This document shows positions 13,215 to 26,482 of a stretch of DNA of 64,000 bases, one piece after another. This stretch comes from Tubiluchus corallicola (lineage: Eukaryota > Animalia > Priapulida): contig JAQGDQ010000326.1 in the NCBI GenBank assembly GCA_030141605.1, positions 1 to 64,000 on the forward strand, read 5' to 3'. Numbering within the stretch: the first letter of the stretch is position 1; each line of letters begins with the position of its first letter. Below the pieces are notes generated by a model. It was not told the DNA's origin. It saw nothing but the letters and a program-made list of their open reading frames with translations, and searched no databases. Made by a program: the position numbers and the translations under genes.

Positions 13215-14065
13215 TCTTTATTTCAATCAATAAACTATTGTCTGAACAGATGAAGTGGTGTATATCTACAGTGGCCTTTTTGGATCTGAACTTAATGGAC
13301 ACAGATGTTAAAACTTTGAAACTTTCACAGCTAAAAGCACAACAGTCGGTGCAGTTTCAATACTTACAAAAAAGTAACTCTCTGTGACTTCATAAATAAA
13401 CTTCTTTCTTTCTTTTACATTACAGCCCTATTAATATTTCTCAAGCTATGTTTACAATAAAACAGTTGCTTGAAAACTGCATTATCACAGACAATCAGGT
13501 TACCTGTTTACACATCCTAATCTAGGAATTTTAGCATTTTCAATTTTAAGGTTTAGTAACGGGCTATTCTAGCCACTCCATCCTTTTTTTGTTGCAATGC
13601 ATTTGAAGAAACATAAAGCTCAGTCAGTCAAAATGCAATTTCATAAGAAGATACTCTTATATTCTAAATTAATTGAGGGAACCATATCATCACATATCAA
13701 ATATCAAATCAGTGACGTCAAATTTCAAAAAGGGGCAGTTCAATATTACCGGGATCTACAGTGCAAATCAGAGTACCTACTAACAGAGTATCAATCAGTC
13801 ACTAGCATAGCTAACAGCGCAAGATACGCATTAGACACCATTTTGTAAAATATATATACAAACCAGGCTGTTCTATTGTTTTTTCAACTGAAAAAATAGC
13901 ACCTAAATACGAAAAAGTGAAAATTCTAACACAACGACAAGTTAAAAACAGCTATGATAATAATATCAACAGCAAATGAAAAAATTATAAACAAAGTACA
14001 AATGTAATAGTTTGCACAACAGCTATACTAAATGAAACTGTACTAAGACAGAGTATCTACTAGTT

Positions 14066-17000
14066 CTATGGACCGTATCTAGGTTGCCTAGGTTTCACCA
14101 TGTCGTTTTGAAATAATTTTTCTTCCTTCACTTTTCGCATGTGACAAAGCTAAAAGAATACAAAAAATGAAATAGATTAGTGAACATAATAACACTAGCC
14201 ACGCTGAGGCTTTATTAACACTAGGGGTGAGCATCAAACGGTCAAATTCGATTCGAATGAGTTCTCTTAGTTTAAATTCACTTCAAATCTAAAATTATAG
14301 GTTTCAAAAGTTCAGCAATTCAGCTATTGTACTTTCTTTATCATTAAAACGTTTAAGACAGCATGTAGTCAGCACAATTTGGTTGCGATTTCTGTGCACA
14401 ATTATTAAACAAATTTTAGTGATTTTACTGCAGGATAAAATCAAGTAATACGTATGATCTTTGTGAGACCTCATTTTATTTCGATTCGGATTCGAAATAT
14501 TGGTATTCCGTTTGATTTGAGTTTGAAAGCCACAAATTCGATTCGAGCCACAAATGCTCACCCTAACAACCCCTAACCACAATTGCTTGAGTGATAGTTT
14601 TCAGAAAAGATTATAATCATCTAATACAATAAAAATTTGAGTGAATAAATGCGTTTGTGTTTGTTCACAAAGCACTAGAAGGGTAGTTTTTTTGAAATTA
14701 ATCAAGAACAGTGAAAAAACAGAAACCAAATAAAATGTAAGTATAGAAATTCCCAACACTAAACCTGAAAAAAATGAAAGGAAGACATTCAAATTTGGCA
14801 ACAGCCAGATTTTACCAGGCATAACAATATAGTATAAATAGTATAGGGTGTCTCAAAAGTTACTGTGCACCTTTGATTTTTAATTTTTTCTTTTTAAATT
14901 TTTTTTCTAACCTCCCCAAATTCTTGCACGAATTAAAAGGAGGCAATTCTTAGTTGGCAACTCTTTCCACTTTTTTTTGATCAGGCCCCATTTGCTAATA
15001 CAGTGTTCCCTCACTACTTCGCGGTTCGTTTGTCGCGGACTCGCTATTTCACTGGTTTTCAAAAATATTAATGTAAAATATTTATCGCGGTATTTTCGCT
15101 GTTTCGCAGGTTTTTGCGGTACTCCGTCCAAAGTATTTTTGCGCATGCGTAGTACGTATTGTACAGTAATGTATAGATTTGATGAATTTTGCATAAAAAA
15201 ATCACAAAATGTATAAAAATGTATAAAAAATATTAATTCTGACATTAAAAGAATATTATAAATATAAAAAAATTACCATTTACAGTAAACAGTGTATTTA
15301 TTCGGCGGATAAATACACACCAAAAATGAAATGTAGTACTTGCGCCCGCTTGAGATGCTACTTGCCGACGTGAGTTTGTACACAACACATGATTGGTTAA
15401 TTGATGGAAAGCGACCAACCAGAGAATGCAGCTCTGAATTTCAGAAGCACTATGGACTTGAAACATTTTTAAGAACATTTAAGTAAAGTTTTTTGAAAGG
15501 TGCATGTACAGTATGGGAAAAGTTATTAAGGGAATGGGTTATGTATAAGAGTGTGGGAAGGGTTTATAAAGGCTTAAAATAATGTATAGCTAGTAAAATA
15601 CGTATAGCGTCCCTATTTCGCGGAAATTCACTTATCGCTGGTGGGCCTGGAACAGAACACCCGTGACAAGTGAGGGAACACTGTAACAGTAACATTAGAA
15701 ATAAAATGCAAAATCTCAGTCTGGTAAGAGGTCGTTCGATCACAAACTCACGCACTGCAGAAATTCAGAGCAATGTATGGTTCACACTAACCTCTCACTA
15801 TTAACGTTATAGCTTTTCAACAAGATGAAACCCCTCCTCACCACTCACAAGCTGTTTGGGATATTCTCAATTAAGATGCCCGATTTCAGTGGAATGACCT
15901 TTGAAGCTCTTTCAACAGAAAGTTTGTGACTTGATAATATGCAATTTTTCACAAGGCTGTATCCAAGGCATAAATTTATGCAAAAAGACCAAGCTATCTT
16001 TACAAACTCAGTATAACTATTACAGGGTGTGGTGCAAACATTTAGCTTGAAATGCTTGTGCAGATATTGGAAATAAATGTGTTTATTAATTAGCAGGGGG
16101 TGGGGAAGAAGGTAGCAAAATAGCAAAGTCAAGCAGTATAGTAGATCTTTTCAGATTTTCATCTAATTTCACTAAAAGGATTGTCAAAGGATTAGTTTAT
16201 TTGTAGATGTTTTTAACATTTTGCTTTGTTTGTTAAAAAATACAGAAAAGTGTATAGTGACTTATGAGATACCTTGAACTAGTTGTCATAAAATGTGCAC
16301 TTACACTTCGCTTTTCCAAAAAACTTTGTAGAAATGTTTCCAATGGAATTTTTTCTGAAATAAGTTATAAACAAATTATATTTAGCATATAGGAAATTAT
16401 TAATCAATGCTATTTGTTTCTGCAAAAAACTGTTGCTTAAATTTACATGGACACAGATGGTAAAATTGGTGATATAAATTCTTATTAGCAAAATAGCACA
16501 ACCACTGGGAACACTGGGAAGAAAAGAATGGCAATACATGAACTATACTACAGACAAATTGAAAATGCGACAAAACCAGATATGGTACAATTTTAGTGCT
16601 TTCACTCATGAATCTCGAAAGACGTAAAAATATTGTAGGATTGCAATATTTGATCAGCTACCCGTTTCCTGCTTCATTCTAACACTTTATCTACAGGCTA
16701 AGAGCGATTACAATTAATCATACAATCAGAATGACACTAATGGAATAAAAATAAAAATATTGACAAGGCATATTTTGTAATACTCTAATGTTTTATGCAG
16801 AAAAGCTTTAAATTAAAAATAAAATTAGTCACCTTTGAGATAGCCATGCTCACAAGTATCATGCAGAACAAAATATTGATTTGAATTCCGACGAAGTGGT
16901 CTTCAGTCCACCCCAGACTGACTGAGAATTCCTTTTATTTTATTATCAGTTTTCACACATGCATGCATGTACCACAGGTAATGCAATGTGTAAAGAAATC

Positions 17001-20000
17001 ATCAAATTTTATTCCTTACTTTCTAGAAGCTGTTCAGCGAAAGATTCACTCTCCTCTTCTGCTTCTTGTGCTGCAATCTGGAGACGGTATCGTAAACTAG
17101 AGGTGTCGTACTGCCTAGCTAACTCATGTTGTTTTTGACTGCTAGCATCAAACTCCTTTCGTAGATCAGTCAGTACACCAATCTACATGAACGTTAAAAA
17201 GCACTTTCAAGTCATTTGAATCTTATTCCATCTATGTCCCTCACAGCAAGATTACCAAACGTCAAATGTGACAGTGGAAAAGCTAAATGACCAATAATAA
17301 ACTATATGTGGAAATAAAATTAAATTTCACACAACAGAGATACCTGCACAGATTTTTTAGTCCCAGTTAGGAGTTTACTAATGTCCATTAGCTAAAAAGT
17401 GTTTTTTATAATACTACTTTCATAGAATGAGGTGATACAATAGCAAAAATACTTATCAACACATGGCTACTGCGAGTGTCTCGTTTAATTGCAAAACCTA
17501 CATATGTTAGCTAGAAAAAAGAGATAACAACTTTACTTTTGCAAACATCATTATAGAACTTTACACAATTGAAATTGTCCGTAATCACACATCTTAGGGC
17601 ACATTTAAAGAGTTTTCTCTCGAGTGCTGTCCACATGAATGGAGTTTATCTGCGAGAAATTCACATGAAGAACTCTCAGCAACTCTTGGAATGTTTGCAT
17701 TCTCTTTGCAAGTTGGCAATAACTTGCCGAGAGAATTCTCAAAGGCATTCACACTTGCCAGAGAACTTTTGAGAAAAAACTCTCTAGTCTGAATGCACCA
17801 TTACATATTGAGGAAACAAGAGTGGTCGAAATAAATTCACATACCTTTTCTATAAGAGACTTCTTATGCTCTTCTATCACAGGTCGTTTTCGCAAATTCG
17901 ATTCTGAAAAAAACAACATTCAAAGATTTTATGTAGACAAAGTAAAACCCTTTAAAGCATAAAAAAGAAGTGATTATAGCATTAACAGATCTGATATCTG
18001 ACAGCGTATTTTACGACAGTTAAACTTAAAATATACTTGGTTCGTGCTTCATGCATGGATAAAGGGCAAAAATGCCGATTTGTTGTGGACTGTTGTTGTA
18101 GATGTGTTGAGAGCTGCATTGTAAAATGTATAAAACAAGCCATTCAGTGAAACAGATGTGCCGCTTTAATATTAGATCTTAAAAAACAAAATTTTGAAGT
18201 TGCAATCGAGATCGCCATCACAGTTTTACTTCTGCTAACAATTACACTATTTTTAAAATACCTTTCAAGTGGTGCCATTAAAGAGGAAAATTATCTGAAA
18301 TGCGAAGAGGTATAGCAAAATTTGTCATTATCTCATCACGCGTAATTTCTATTCAAAGTTCTCACCAGATTGGTAAGTTCCATCTTTAATGTCTGTGCCA
18401 AACACATAATAGAACAAATCTTAAAACCTATGTTTTAATAGAATATATTCTTTACCCTAAATTTATTTACAACTTTAATTCTTGTGTTCTCGCAGAATGC
18501 TAGTGTTTGTCATATAAGTATCTATGCAAAATTTGTAATATATAAGTTAATGTGTATTTGACTGTTCATCTCTGGAGGAGTATCATCAGTTGTACACTCC
18601 TATCTGAGATTATGTGTCTTAAATTTGGTTGTTTACTGCAATAAAAATTTTAATGCAATAAAATAAAAAGTACAACTGCTATTCACACCGTTGCCTCAAA
18701 GAAACCACAAAAAAGTCAAGCATTCTAATTAGCTGCAAGTCGACTTACTTGCAATTTCTTCATTTTTACTAGATAACTTTTCTCTATCTTCTGATAACTG
18801 CTGTAGTACGGGTGTTGATAGTAGATGTTGTATTAATTTATCTTCATCGCTGTGTAAATCTTGAAGTTCTGAATAACTAGAAAATACATATATGTAAAGG
18901 CGTGCATGCATAATCATTCAAAAACAAGTATAGTTCGGAAAGGCTTAAAACCCTTTTTCAAATATCGGTTAAAAACACAGTATTTCCATATTTACCTTAA
19001 TTTATTGAGTTCTGGAAATGTCACAGGTAACGGCGGCATTTGGTACATTGGCAAAGACATCTACGAAAAACCAAAAAATAATACCTTATTACCAAATCTA
19101 GAAAAGTTTAGAAATTATTGATCTTAAGTTTTTCAAAAAATTTCTCAAAAGCGAGTCCAGAAGGCAAAGCATTGTGTTACTCTCATATTTAGTTTTTGTG
19201 CCCAAATGCCTGGATATATTGTTTAGAAACAGCATTGTTTAGATCATGTGGGTATCACTTAGTAAAATTTCTATTTCAGCCATAATAAGCACAATAAAAA
19301 ACAGATTTATTATCCATGGTTTATCAAATTATCAGCTGGTGATAGCTTCAGAAACAATGTTATGTCACACTGAGAACGTGTCATTACTGCTACTTTCTCC
19401 TTATAGCTTGTGCAAAGTTACACATAAAATGCTCTACCAATGTGGATATAAAAGTTATACCGTTAATTAAAATAACTAAACAGTTTCATATATATATACA
19501 TACTGCAACACAATGTATATATACTATACAAATGACATTATTATATAGAATGCTATATATGTTATCATTGTATATGATGGTAGTGATTATAGTTATCATA
19601 CTCATCAACTATTACAACAAAATGCAGTAACAAATTTTATTTATGCTTGTAATGTTTACAACAGTAAGATAACTTTGCATTGCAGGATAAATGCTGATGG
19701 TAACCTCTGAATAATCTACAGGATAAAAAGAGGTATTTAATGCACGTTGACAATGCATAACCATACTCATAACTAAGCAATTGTAAGGGCAAAATTTTAT
19801 CAGTTTGACAAAAACTTGATTTTAATTTTTGCAATACTGTTTATTGACGTAAAGTTGTAAACTCACCACAGAAGATGTGATTTACTTGAAAAACACAAAC
19901 AGTTTAGTAAAGAATACTTCAAGAGACAGAGACTTGTACTGAAATGTGTTGGTCAGGCTACGGATGTCAAACGGTTAGCTCCTTTTGAATGTCATATCAT

Positions 20001-23000
20001 TTCAGTTAAAAACAAGAAAAAGAGCTTACCAGATGTCCTGAGCCCGTGCTCAATATATTATTGGGCATAGACGTTCTAAGCTCTTTATTTTTAACATGAT
20101 ATGGAGAAATTGCTTCACTCGTCAGAGATGATGTGCCAGCTGCAGTCGGATGCAATGGATACGGTAGATGTTGATTTGAAAGGGCTTGTTGATTTAACAC
20201 AGGTGGTTCCATTTGAAATTCGGTAACAAGTTCCTTAATTATTTTTCCCAAATCTGAATGCATCATGAACTGCAAAAAAATATGTTTATATATACATCAA
20301 CATAAATAAGCTTCTCTTGTTAGTTATTAGGACAATTTTGACAATTTAAAATATTATCTCCTTCTTTAAACACAATGATCATAAGAATTCATTACATAGT
20401 CCTGCATAAAATGCAACTTTGCTAAGTCCAGAAAACATATTTGCTTAATCAATAATGTAACTTTAAAATGTAGTGTTTATGATTAGGATTAAATTTAAGT
20501 GTTATTCCATAGTTTAAGCTTAGTTTTTAAATATATTTGGCATACTCAGACAACCTGGCGCTGATGGTAAAAAAATCATTATTTTGGTACCTACAGAAAC
20601 TAAGTATGTGCATTAGTTTCTGAGTTTCACACGAGTATTTAAATCTTCTGTGGCACTTAGTTATTAATGTAACTTTAAAAAATAGGGCTTACAATTTAGG
20701 ATTAAATTTAAATTTCATTATATAGCCTTAACTTAATTTTTAAATCTACTTGGTCAGGAAACTTGGCACTGATGGTAAAATCGTTTTGCACAAACTGAAA
20801 CATCATTAGTTCTTAAATTTTGCACAAGAATTTGAATGCCTCTACCAGCGCTATGGTGTCAAAATCTAGAGTAAATTTGTCTGCAGTAAAATTATAAAAC
20901 AATACACTTCTGGTATTTTTTCTTAAAGGCTTCTTTCTAATATTGCAAAACACATGTTCCACGAACTATGATGGCAAGATGCCAAAAAACAAATCACATC
21001 TGCAATTGACAGCTAGTAGGTAAAACAGCCTGTATCAAAACAGAATTGTCATTTGAATATTCTTAATTTAAAAAAAATATTATAACCTTCACTAATAAAT
21101 GGGATTACATAAAAATTAACTTTATGGAAGCATCAAATCATGTACGAATTAGATTATATGAAAAGCAAGTCCATTTTATAGCTACAGAAATCCATACGTA
21201 CGTAATACATAAATTTTAAATATATGTTTGTCTAGGTTAATCTACAAGAATACTCACATTATTTATGCCGTTACATCCTATGACCACACTGTGTTGATTG
21301 ACCCACCGATGCTGTACAGGAGGTGACACCTTAACTATGGGCCGTTCTTGTGGAAACTGTGGTGGCAAAGTGCTAAAATAAAAAATAAAATGGTTTCAGA
21401 AAGTTATTTCAAAGTTCAGAGTTGTTGCTTTCTGAAGTTCTGATGATATCTGTGTATCTCGTGATAAAAATCTCCATAGCTTTGTGCATTCTATTTTCTA
21501 TAATATGAATAAAATGTCTTAGCAGTTTTATTCATTCTTAATATGCTTATCTCACTTTCACTTGGCAAGAGTCACAAGACATTGACGAAAACGTCATGTC
21601 AACATAGTTTCAGTAGATAATAAAAATGTTTTTTTAAGAATAAAATTATCTGCTTTGCTCCACTTGAAAAGCTTTGCATTAAATATGCTAGATCTTAAGA
21701 ATAACCTAAATAAATAAATGAACAAAGTTACAGTTCAGAAGTGATGACAAAATGTAGGCCTGCAAAACCTCTTACTGAGTGATAACGTGAGTATATCATC
21801 TTTTAATGTCAAGGGAAAATAGACCACATAGTTGAATGTCACAATCAAACAACACTTGATTCAACAACAGTCAGTGTCAGTGCATCTAAGTTTCAATGGT
21901 TTTTTGCTGATCGTTTGTTGTTTTGTAATTTCATTTTTCAAAAAAGGAAATTGGCAATCCCTATATGCATTAGTTAGATTGTCTGTGGATTTTAATTTTA
22001 CTAATTTGTGGATGCACTGAAACCCTCAAGATCAAGACAGAAAGAACACTGTTAATGAAATTATATAATATAAAGCTTGGAATATAAAGCTGTTTCATTT
22101 GTTAAATATGTTCAAAGTGTTAATTCATACTGTTCTGCATTATATCTGGTGTAGAAGGCCCCGTTAAGAATTTCTAATTAAGGCCCAGCACTACCAATCG
22201 CTGGCCCTTGCCAACAAAAGTAAAGTATGTAGTACTAAGATACTTAAAAAACCACCAATAGGCCAACAAAAAATACATATGTAATAATTATTATCACCTA
22301 ACTGTTATTTTTGCATATTTAGACAATGGTAAACAACTTACATATTTAAAGATAATGACAAATTGCCAGCCGTGAAGAGAATCCTGTATTCTACATCTCG
22401 CTGTATCTCCAAAACGCTAATAAAATAAAAATTGCCATAATGAATTTGAAGTGACAGTTCAGTAAACTAATATTTCCCAAGCTATAGGTCATTCATTTTC
22501 AAAATCTCCTTACTTGCAAAGTGAACTAAATACTTAGCAGCCAGGATATCAGAAAAAAAGGTTTAAAATGGTGGGACAATTTGTTACACCCTGCCAGTAT
22601 GACATAAGCTGTGAGGTGCCTTGAAATTGATATACTTAAATGAACACTTGTATGAAATACATCCAAAAATAACTCCTTTTAAATTTAGATGCTGCAGTAA
22701 ATACTATATTATGACAGTGTGATATGATAGAGTGATTAGGCTCTCATATTTACATGTGGAACCTGGCCACCTCAGTTCGGTATTCGCTTCGGATAGTTTT
22801 TCATGCACTGTGCTGATACTGGCTGCATACCTCGCAAAATATCCAAACATAAGTGAGACACCACTGTAGGTGCAGTGGCTCATATTAGAGAGATAACCCT
22901 GATAATAACCAGGTTCTGGTCACACTACAAGTATCTCACTGAGTAGGCCCTGCTATTGAGTGTTGGACTCTCCCTTGCAGTTTGCAATGTATCAAAGTGT

Positions 23001-24263
23001 ATGAAAAAAGTATAAAAAAGCAAAAAAGTATACCCTCAAATGAAAGTGACAAACTTTGCAAAGTTCTTCAGTATGAAGAATAAATTTCAGTATAAAATAC
23101 AAGGAAATTACAAATACTTCAAGGTTTAGCAATATAATGTATGTTCACAAACTAAAATTATTAAAATCTTCACTGAAAACTTATTTTTCGACATGTGTCA
23201 ACAGTGCAGCCAAAGCCGCAGCCCATATTGTGTTATGTGACATAAACAAATCTTGAAAAAAATCTGGAAATTCTACTGAAATTATATTTACAAAATATAG
23301 TTAAACTACACAGTAATAACTAACTAATATAGATTATTATTTAGTGAACAAAAAGCTGCAGGTGAGCAATGGTCAGTGGCTACCTCAACACGAAGCAAAA
23401 CCAGGAGTCAAGAGCCAGCTAGGGGGTCGGAGCCTGGGAAACGCTCTATGAGGCCTTTTTCAGAAACAAAAATCAAGAAAACGAAATCACAAAGTAGCAC
23501 AAATTTCTTGATTTTAGACTCAAGAGAGTACATCAATTTCTGCAGTTCTTTCCCAGTCTCAATACAATTCTTACAGTTTGGAGATTTATGTTGTGTGAAT
23601 CAAGGTTAAATGGAAAAATGCTTGCATTGGAGCAATTGGGGCTATAATCTATGCTACAGTGTAATTCTATTATAGTACAATATTACAGCATCACAGAAAA
23701 GCAAATTCAATACTAGCAAGGTGGCAATAGAAGTTTTTTTCATAGCCTGCTGCCAGCAGTAAATCTTGGTAAGTTATCGTGTAACATTATCAATGGCATT
23801 ATCAGCTTTCTCAAAACTCACAAAAGTTTTTGAGAATTGGAAGCTTCTGTGGAAACAAAAATTAGAATACACTCAGCCTTAGTTGAAACTTTATTTCTGT
23901 ACAACTCTGAGATCTGAACATTAAAAGCAAATCATAAAGCTGAAATCGAAGCGTTTCAAAAGCGAAATTACAGAAACATTTTGGGTATCAGATGACCAAA
24001 GAAAATTTCAAATAAAGATTTGTGTGAAAAAATAAAAGAACATTGGACAAGGAAATGAAAAGAACAGAATCATGTCCCTGGCTGCATGATCCATTGGATG
24101 ATAATGATTCAATAAAAATAAATTACAGCTAATGCTGCGACATTTAGGTATCTTACTTTTGGTTATATAATTTCAACGATTCTATTTGTCGTAAACGTTG
24201 TGATTGTAGTGGCGTAGACGTTGGCAGTTTATTAAACTTCGATTCTCCAAAAAACCAGTCCAT
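14066..24263 (-). CDS. VPS37A: ESCRT-I subunit VPS37A (N-terminal UEV-like domain, C-terminal Mod(r) domain), 10 coding exons, ~361 aa
   Basis: Exons (minus): 24263-24157, 22416-22342, 21372-21258, 20269-20030, 19060-18996, 18876-18749, 17903-17845, 17182-17020, 16354-16305, 14149-14066 (TAG). Total 1086 nt, all GT-AG, phases consistent. Motifs EIQRDVEYRI, TLPPQFPQERP, FMMHSDLGKII, FPELNKLS, LQIAAQEAEEESESFAEQLLE, FLQSFLEKRS and LCHMRKVKEEKL match VPS37A. Confidence 0.93.
14222..14565. mobile_element. hAT-like MITE in the last VPS37A intron
   Basis: Ends TAGGGGTGAGCAT ... ATGCTCACCCTA with several subterminal ATTCGATTCG repeats. No clean 8-bp target-site duplication. Confidence 0.5.
15001..15683. 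mobile_element. Non-autonomous Tc1/mariner (Tigger-like) element, copy 1, 683 bp
   Basis: TIRs CAGTGTTCCCTCACT ... AGTGAGGGAACACTG with TA on both sides (14999-15000 and 15684-15685). A second copy lies at 32689-33122. Confidence 0.9.
17597..17800. mobile_element. Degenerate PIF/Harbinger-like MITE in a VPS37A intron
   Basis: TTA on both sides (17594-17596 and 17801-17803). Imperfect TIRs GGGCACATTTA.AGAGTTTTCTCTC and GAGAAAAAACTCTCTAGTCTGAATGCACCA, with internal GAGAA/TTCTC repeats. Confidence 0.5.
20446..20845. repeat. Old tandem duplication, two diverged ~200-bp units, in VPS37A intron 3
   Basis: The blocks TAATGTAACTTTAAAA, TTAGGATTAAATTTAA, TGGCRCTGATGGTAAAA and CATTAGTT each occur twice in the same order, about 200 bp apart. 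Confidence 0.6.
23793..24050 (+). mobile_element. RTE-clade LINE fragment (C-terminal part of ORF2) in VPS37A intron 1
   Basis: Degenerate translation MALSAFSKLTKV...ETKIRIHSALVETLFLYNSEI*TLK...EIEAFQKRNYRNILGIR*PKKISNKDL matches the RTE pattern TKIRxxxALVxxxLLYxSExW...xAFxxRxxRxILGIxWxxKISN. Confidence 0.65.
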
Positions 24264-26482
24264 TATAACTACAACTTCGTTTAAGTTTTCTTACAACTGC
24301 GATTGTTTTAACACGGCAATTATTTCTTTTTTTGCGTATTACACTGGAAAAAATTACTACTAGTACTACACTAGTTTTTCACTCTGAGTCTGATACACAG
24401 GCATGGTGCTGCCATCTAACAGACCAAATTACACTTAGCCAAAATTTGTCAATTTTTTATTTGGTACACAGTAATAGTTGAAAAAATACAAAAGCCAATT
24501 TTGACAAAATTTATTGCATACAGGTTGTGATTAATTTAGTGAGTTAAAAATGGTATGGCAGAATGGTAGTATGGGGTTGAGTCAGGCCAGATTCATTGCC
24601 AAATGTTCAGTCCACAGATTTTCACTGTCACTTAATTTGCCTACAGTCCTACAGTGAATATAGAATTTATGCCTTCATTGTGATTAATAATTAATGAGCA
24701 TCTCATTTCCAGACTAACTGAACTGATGATGTGACTATCATAACCTAATAATAGAAAAAGTAAATATTTTTGTGCATATGCGCATGTGTACTTTCTGTTT
24801 CACAATGGGACTAAGCAATAAGTGAATAATTATTAACCAATGGAAGTATTTAATTGTTCAACAAATGTGCTGAACTTAATTATAGATGCCATAACCACGT
24901 TCCTACGCCATTAAGCATGTGACCATTTTTTATTATTCTGCCAATTTCTTGGCTTTTTCTACAGTATCCATTTTATGCCCATATCCCCATTGTGCTATTT
25001 CATAAATAATCTAGAAAGCATGTATACAACACATTTATGAATTATGTAATCATTCATGGAGTAATGGTAATATTATTTGTACAGTAGCTGTTCTTAATAA
25101 TAAGTCAAATCTGGCTACATGATTAAAGAAACTTAAAAACTGCAAAGAAAATGCACTAAGAAAATTTTCGGAACAAACGAATTAAGATGAAATTACTTAA
25201 AAATGACAAACACTTGGAAAGTATAGTAGTATAAACTATAATAAGAAATAGCTAGGATGAAAGAGTGAATTAAGCATAGCCTTAAAAATTAGATAAAACG
25301 TGTTAGAAGTGAAAAAAGTTTTCAAAAGCACTAAATAATAGTATAAAAAACCCGCAGTTGTCCTTAGTTTTCAGTAGACACAATACAATGTTTCTTTTCA
25401 TTAAACGTTTGTCACATTTAAATAAATGATTTAAGAGAACAAGCTTAAGATCTGAATGGGACAAATATACAAGACTACAAGTGCTTGCTGCTAATGATAA
25501 AATACAAAAAGCAGCAAGTGATAAAGTAGGCAACAGAAGTGAAGTGTTTTGTCACTTTTAATTACTCGGCCACGCCTTATTTTTAATCTGTATTTATAAT
25601 CTGGATTTGTAATCTGCTACTACGTTTTAATCCACTTGTAGCAGACGCGTATTTTATGGTGGGCGACACCAGTTTTTAGCCGCACCCTAATATTTGATAA
25701 ACACGGCGTTGTAGAATGAAGAAATCATCGGATCATGAAATCATTCGCATCGTTGCTCTACCCAAGGCAAATAGACTCGGATAGACATAGTTCAGAATAT
25801 TAATAGTAGGAAGCAGTTTTGTATTTTTCTCCACCACAAAGACTGGTTAGTATCCCCTTTAAGTGAATAGCTTTTTAATTAACCCATCAAGTTTGATTGA
25901 AAGAACAAATTTACTGGTAGTTGTATTACATCATCGTTTTTGTTTAGACATAGACATAGAACATTTATTTTCTCCAATTAGTTTAACATCGAAAGTTTTT
26001 TAAATATTAAGTAATTATAATCATGGAGCAGGGCAGGGAAGGACCATAGAGTCATCTAGTCTCCTGTCCTTTCTTATAAATACATTAGTCTGTTAAAAAT
26101 TAACAGTGATGCTGCAGATAACAAAAACAAATAAGAAAAAAATAATAAAAACAGTATAAATGATACAAATTATCCAAAAAGAACTGAAAACAAAAAAATA
26201 ATAAAAGTTGGATACCAAAATCTAAACAAAACGATACAATTATTCAGTAATTGGGATTATTATGTGTAGTAGTTTCAAACGGGGTCTTATTAACAGGGGA
26301 ATTTGACAAAGGTTAGTGAGTAAAGTTAAAAAACTGAGAGTATGGAAAGACAAAATAAGTATCAAAAAAGTGTAATATAGAAAAATTTATGAGAAAAAGT
26401 AAGTATGAGAAAGAGCAACAATTATTTAGGAGATGAGGAGAAAAAAGAAAAGAAAAAAAACTTGCTAGCTTGCTTATTAGTC

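Noticed and set aside
14842-14870. Mariner-like terminus TATAGGGTGTCTCAAAAGTTACTGTGCAC
   Set aside because: No matching opposite TIR found, so the element boundaries cannot be supported.
16985-17019. Intronic sequence after VPS37A exon 8 translating GIKFDDFF, similar to the expected GKMEIDDFL
   Set aside because: It is out of frame and an in-frame TAA intervenes. A proper exon (16354-16305, KKIPLETFLQSFLEKRS) supplies this segment.
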